Source: a virus (lineage: Duplodnaviria > Heunggongvirae > Uroviricota > Caudoviricetes). Taken from it: a stretch of 64,000 nucleotides of DNA. Both the position numbers and the translations under genes were made by a program. The stretch lies in the IMG/VR virus record IMGVR_UViG_3300021963_000032; one strand, 5' to 3'. Under the pieces are notes generated by a model. The model searched no databases and had not been told where the DNA came from. It worked only from the letters and a program-made list of their open reading frames with translations. Positions 63,935 through 64,000 of this stretch are shown piece after piece (the first letter of the stretch is position 1; each line of letters opens with the position of its first letter).

Positions 63935-64000
63935 ATTTTACAGCAGAAGAATTACAAAGTAATTTTGATAAGCTAATCAGTTACATTGAGAAGCATTTTG

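Overview
This window looks like part of a large dsDNA bacteriophage genome, probably one infecting a Bacteroidota (Flavobacteriia-type) host. The host assignment rests on three things read from the sequence: Bacteroidetes-style promoters (TTG at -33 and a TAnnTTTG-like -7 element) immediately upstream of ATG starts, a T9SS type-B C-terminal sorting domain, and a signal-peptide outer-membrane beta-barrel. All credible genes lie on the + strand. Every minus-strand ORF in the track overlaps a plus-strand gene or a tRNA and is treated as spurious.

Layout of the window:
- 1-6.6 kb: cluster of glycosyltransferase and methyltransferase genes.
- 7.5-12 kb: HNH endonuclease, ClpS-like adaptor, UvdE, TraR-like zinc finger and small proteins.
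- 12.1-15.8 kb: dense tRNA array of about 25 canonical tRNAs including three CAT species, plus several non-canonical tRNA-like elements, a terminator-flanked 54-aa ORF and duplicated promoter-leader units.
- 17.7-19.7 kb: large secreted Cys-rich protein with a T9SS type-B C-terminal domain.
- 20-26 kb: SLT lytic transglycosylase, kinase plus 5'-deoxynucleotidase fusion, NMNAT-like nucleotidyltransferase, enlarged 427-aa ThyA-family enzyme, hotdog thioesterase, metallophosphoesterase.
- 26.9-29.7 kb: tRNA-repair module of HAD phosphatase, P-loop polynucleotide kinase, CCA-adding enzyme and Rnl2/Rnl5-like RNA ligase.
- 32.5-35.9 kb: NAD-related module of Prs-like pyrophosphokinase, HAD, deoxyribosyltransferase-like protein and NAMPT-like enzyme.
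- 39.6 kb: ATP-dependent DNA ligase.
- 42-49.9 kb: CobT-like vWA protein with acidic SDD/SES repeats and a CobS-like AAA ATPase, separated by a 460-bp GC-rich palindromic repeat region and a family of small proteins sharing conserved N-terminal peptides.
- 57.2-60.3 kb: lysis-like cassette of holin candidate, GH19 endolysin and two membrane proteins with basic KKP/TRK tails, followed by an OMP beta-barrel.
- 61.3 kb: HPRT-like enzyme.
- 62.1-62.5 kb: phage-encoded tmRNA.

A conserved promoter family (CTGTTGCA-N22-cTTTAGGTATA...AAAGAGAGAT-ATG) recurs at least 18 times. Function calls come from motif-level reading of the translated ORFs. No database search or folding was run.
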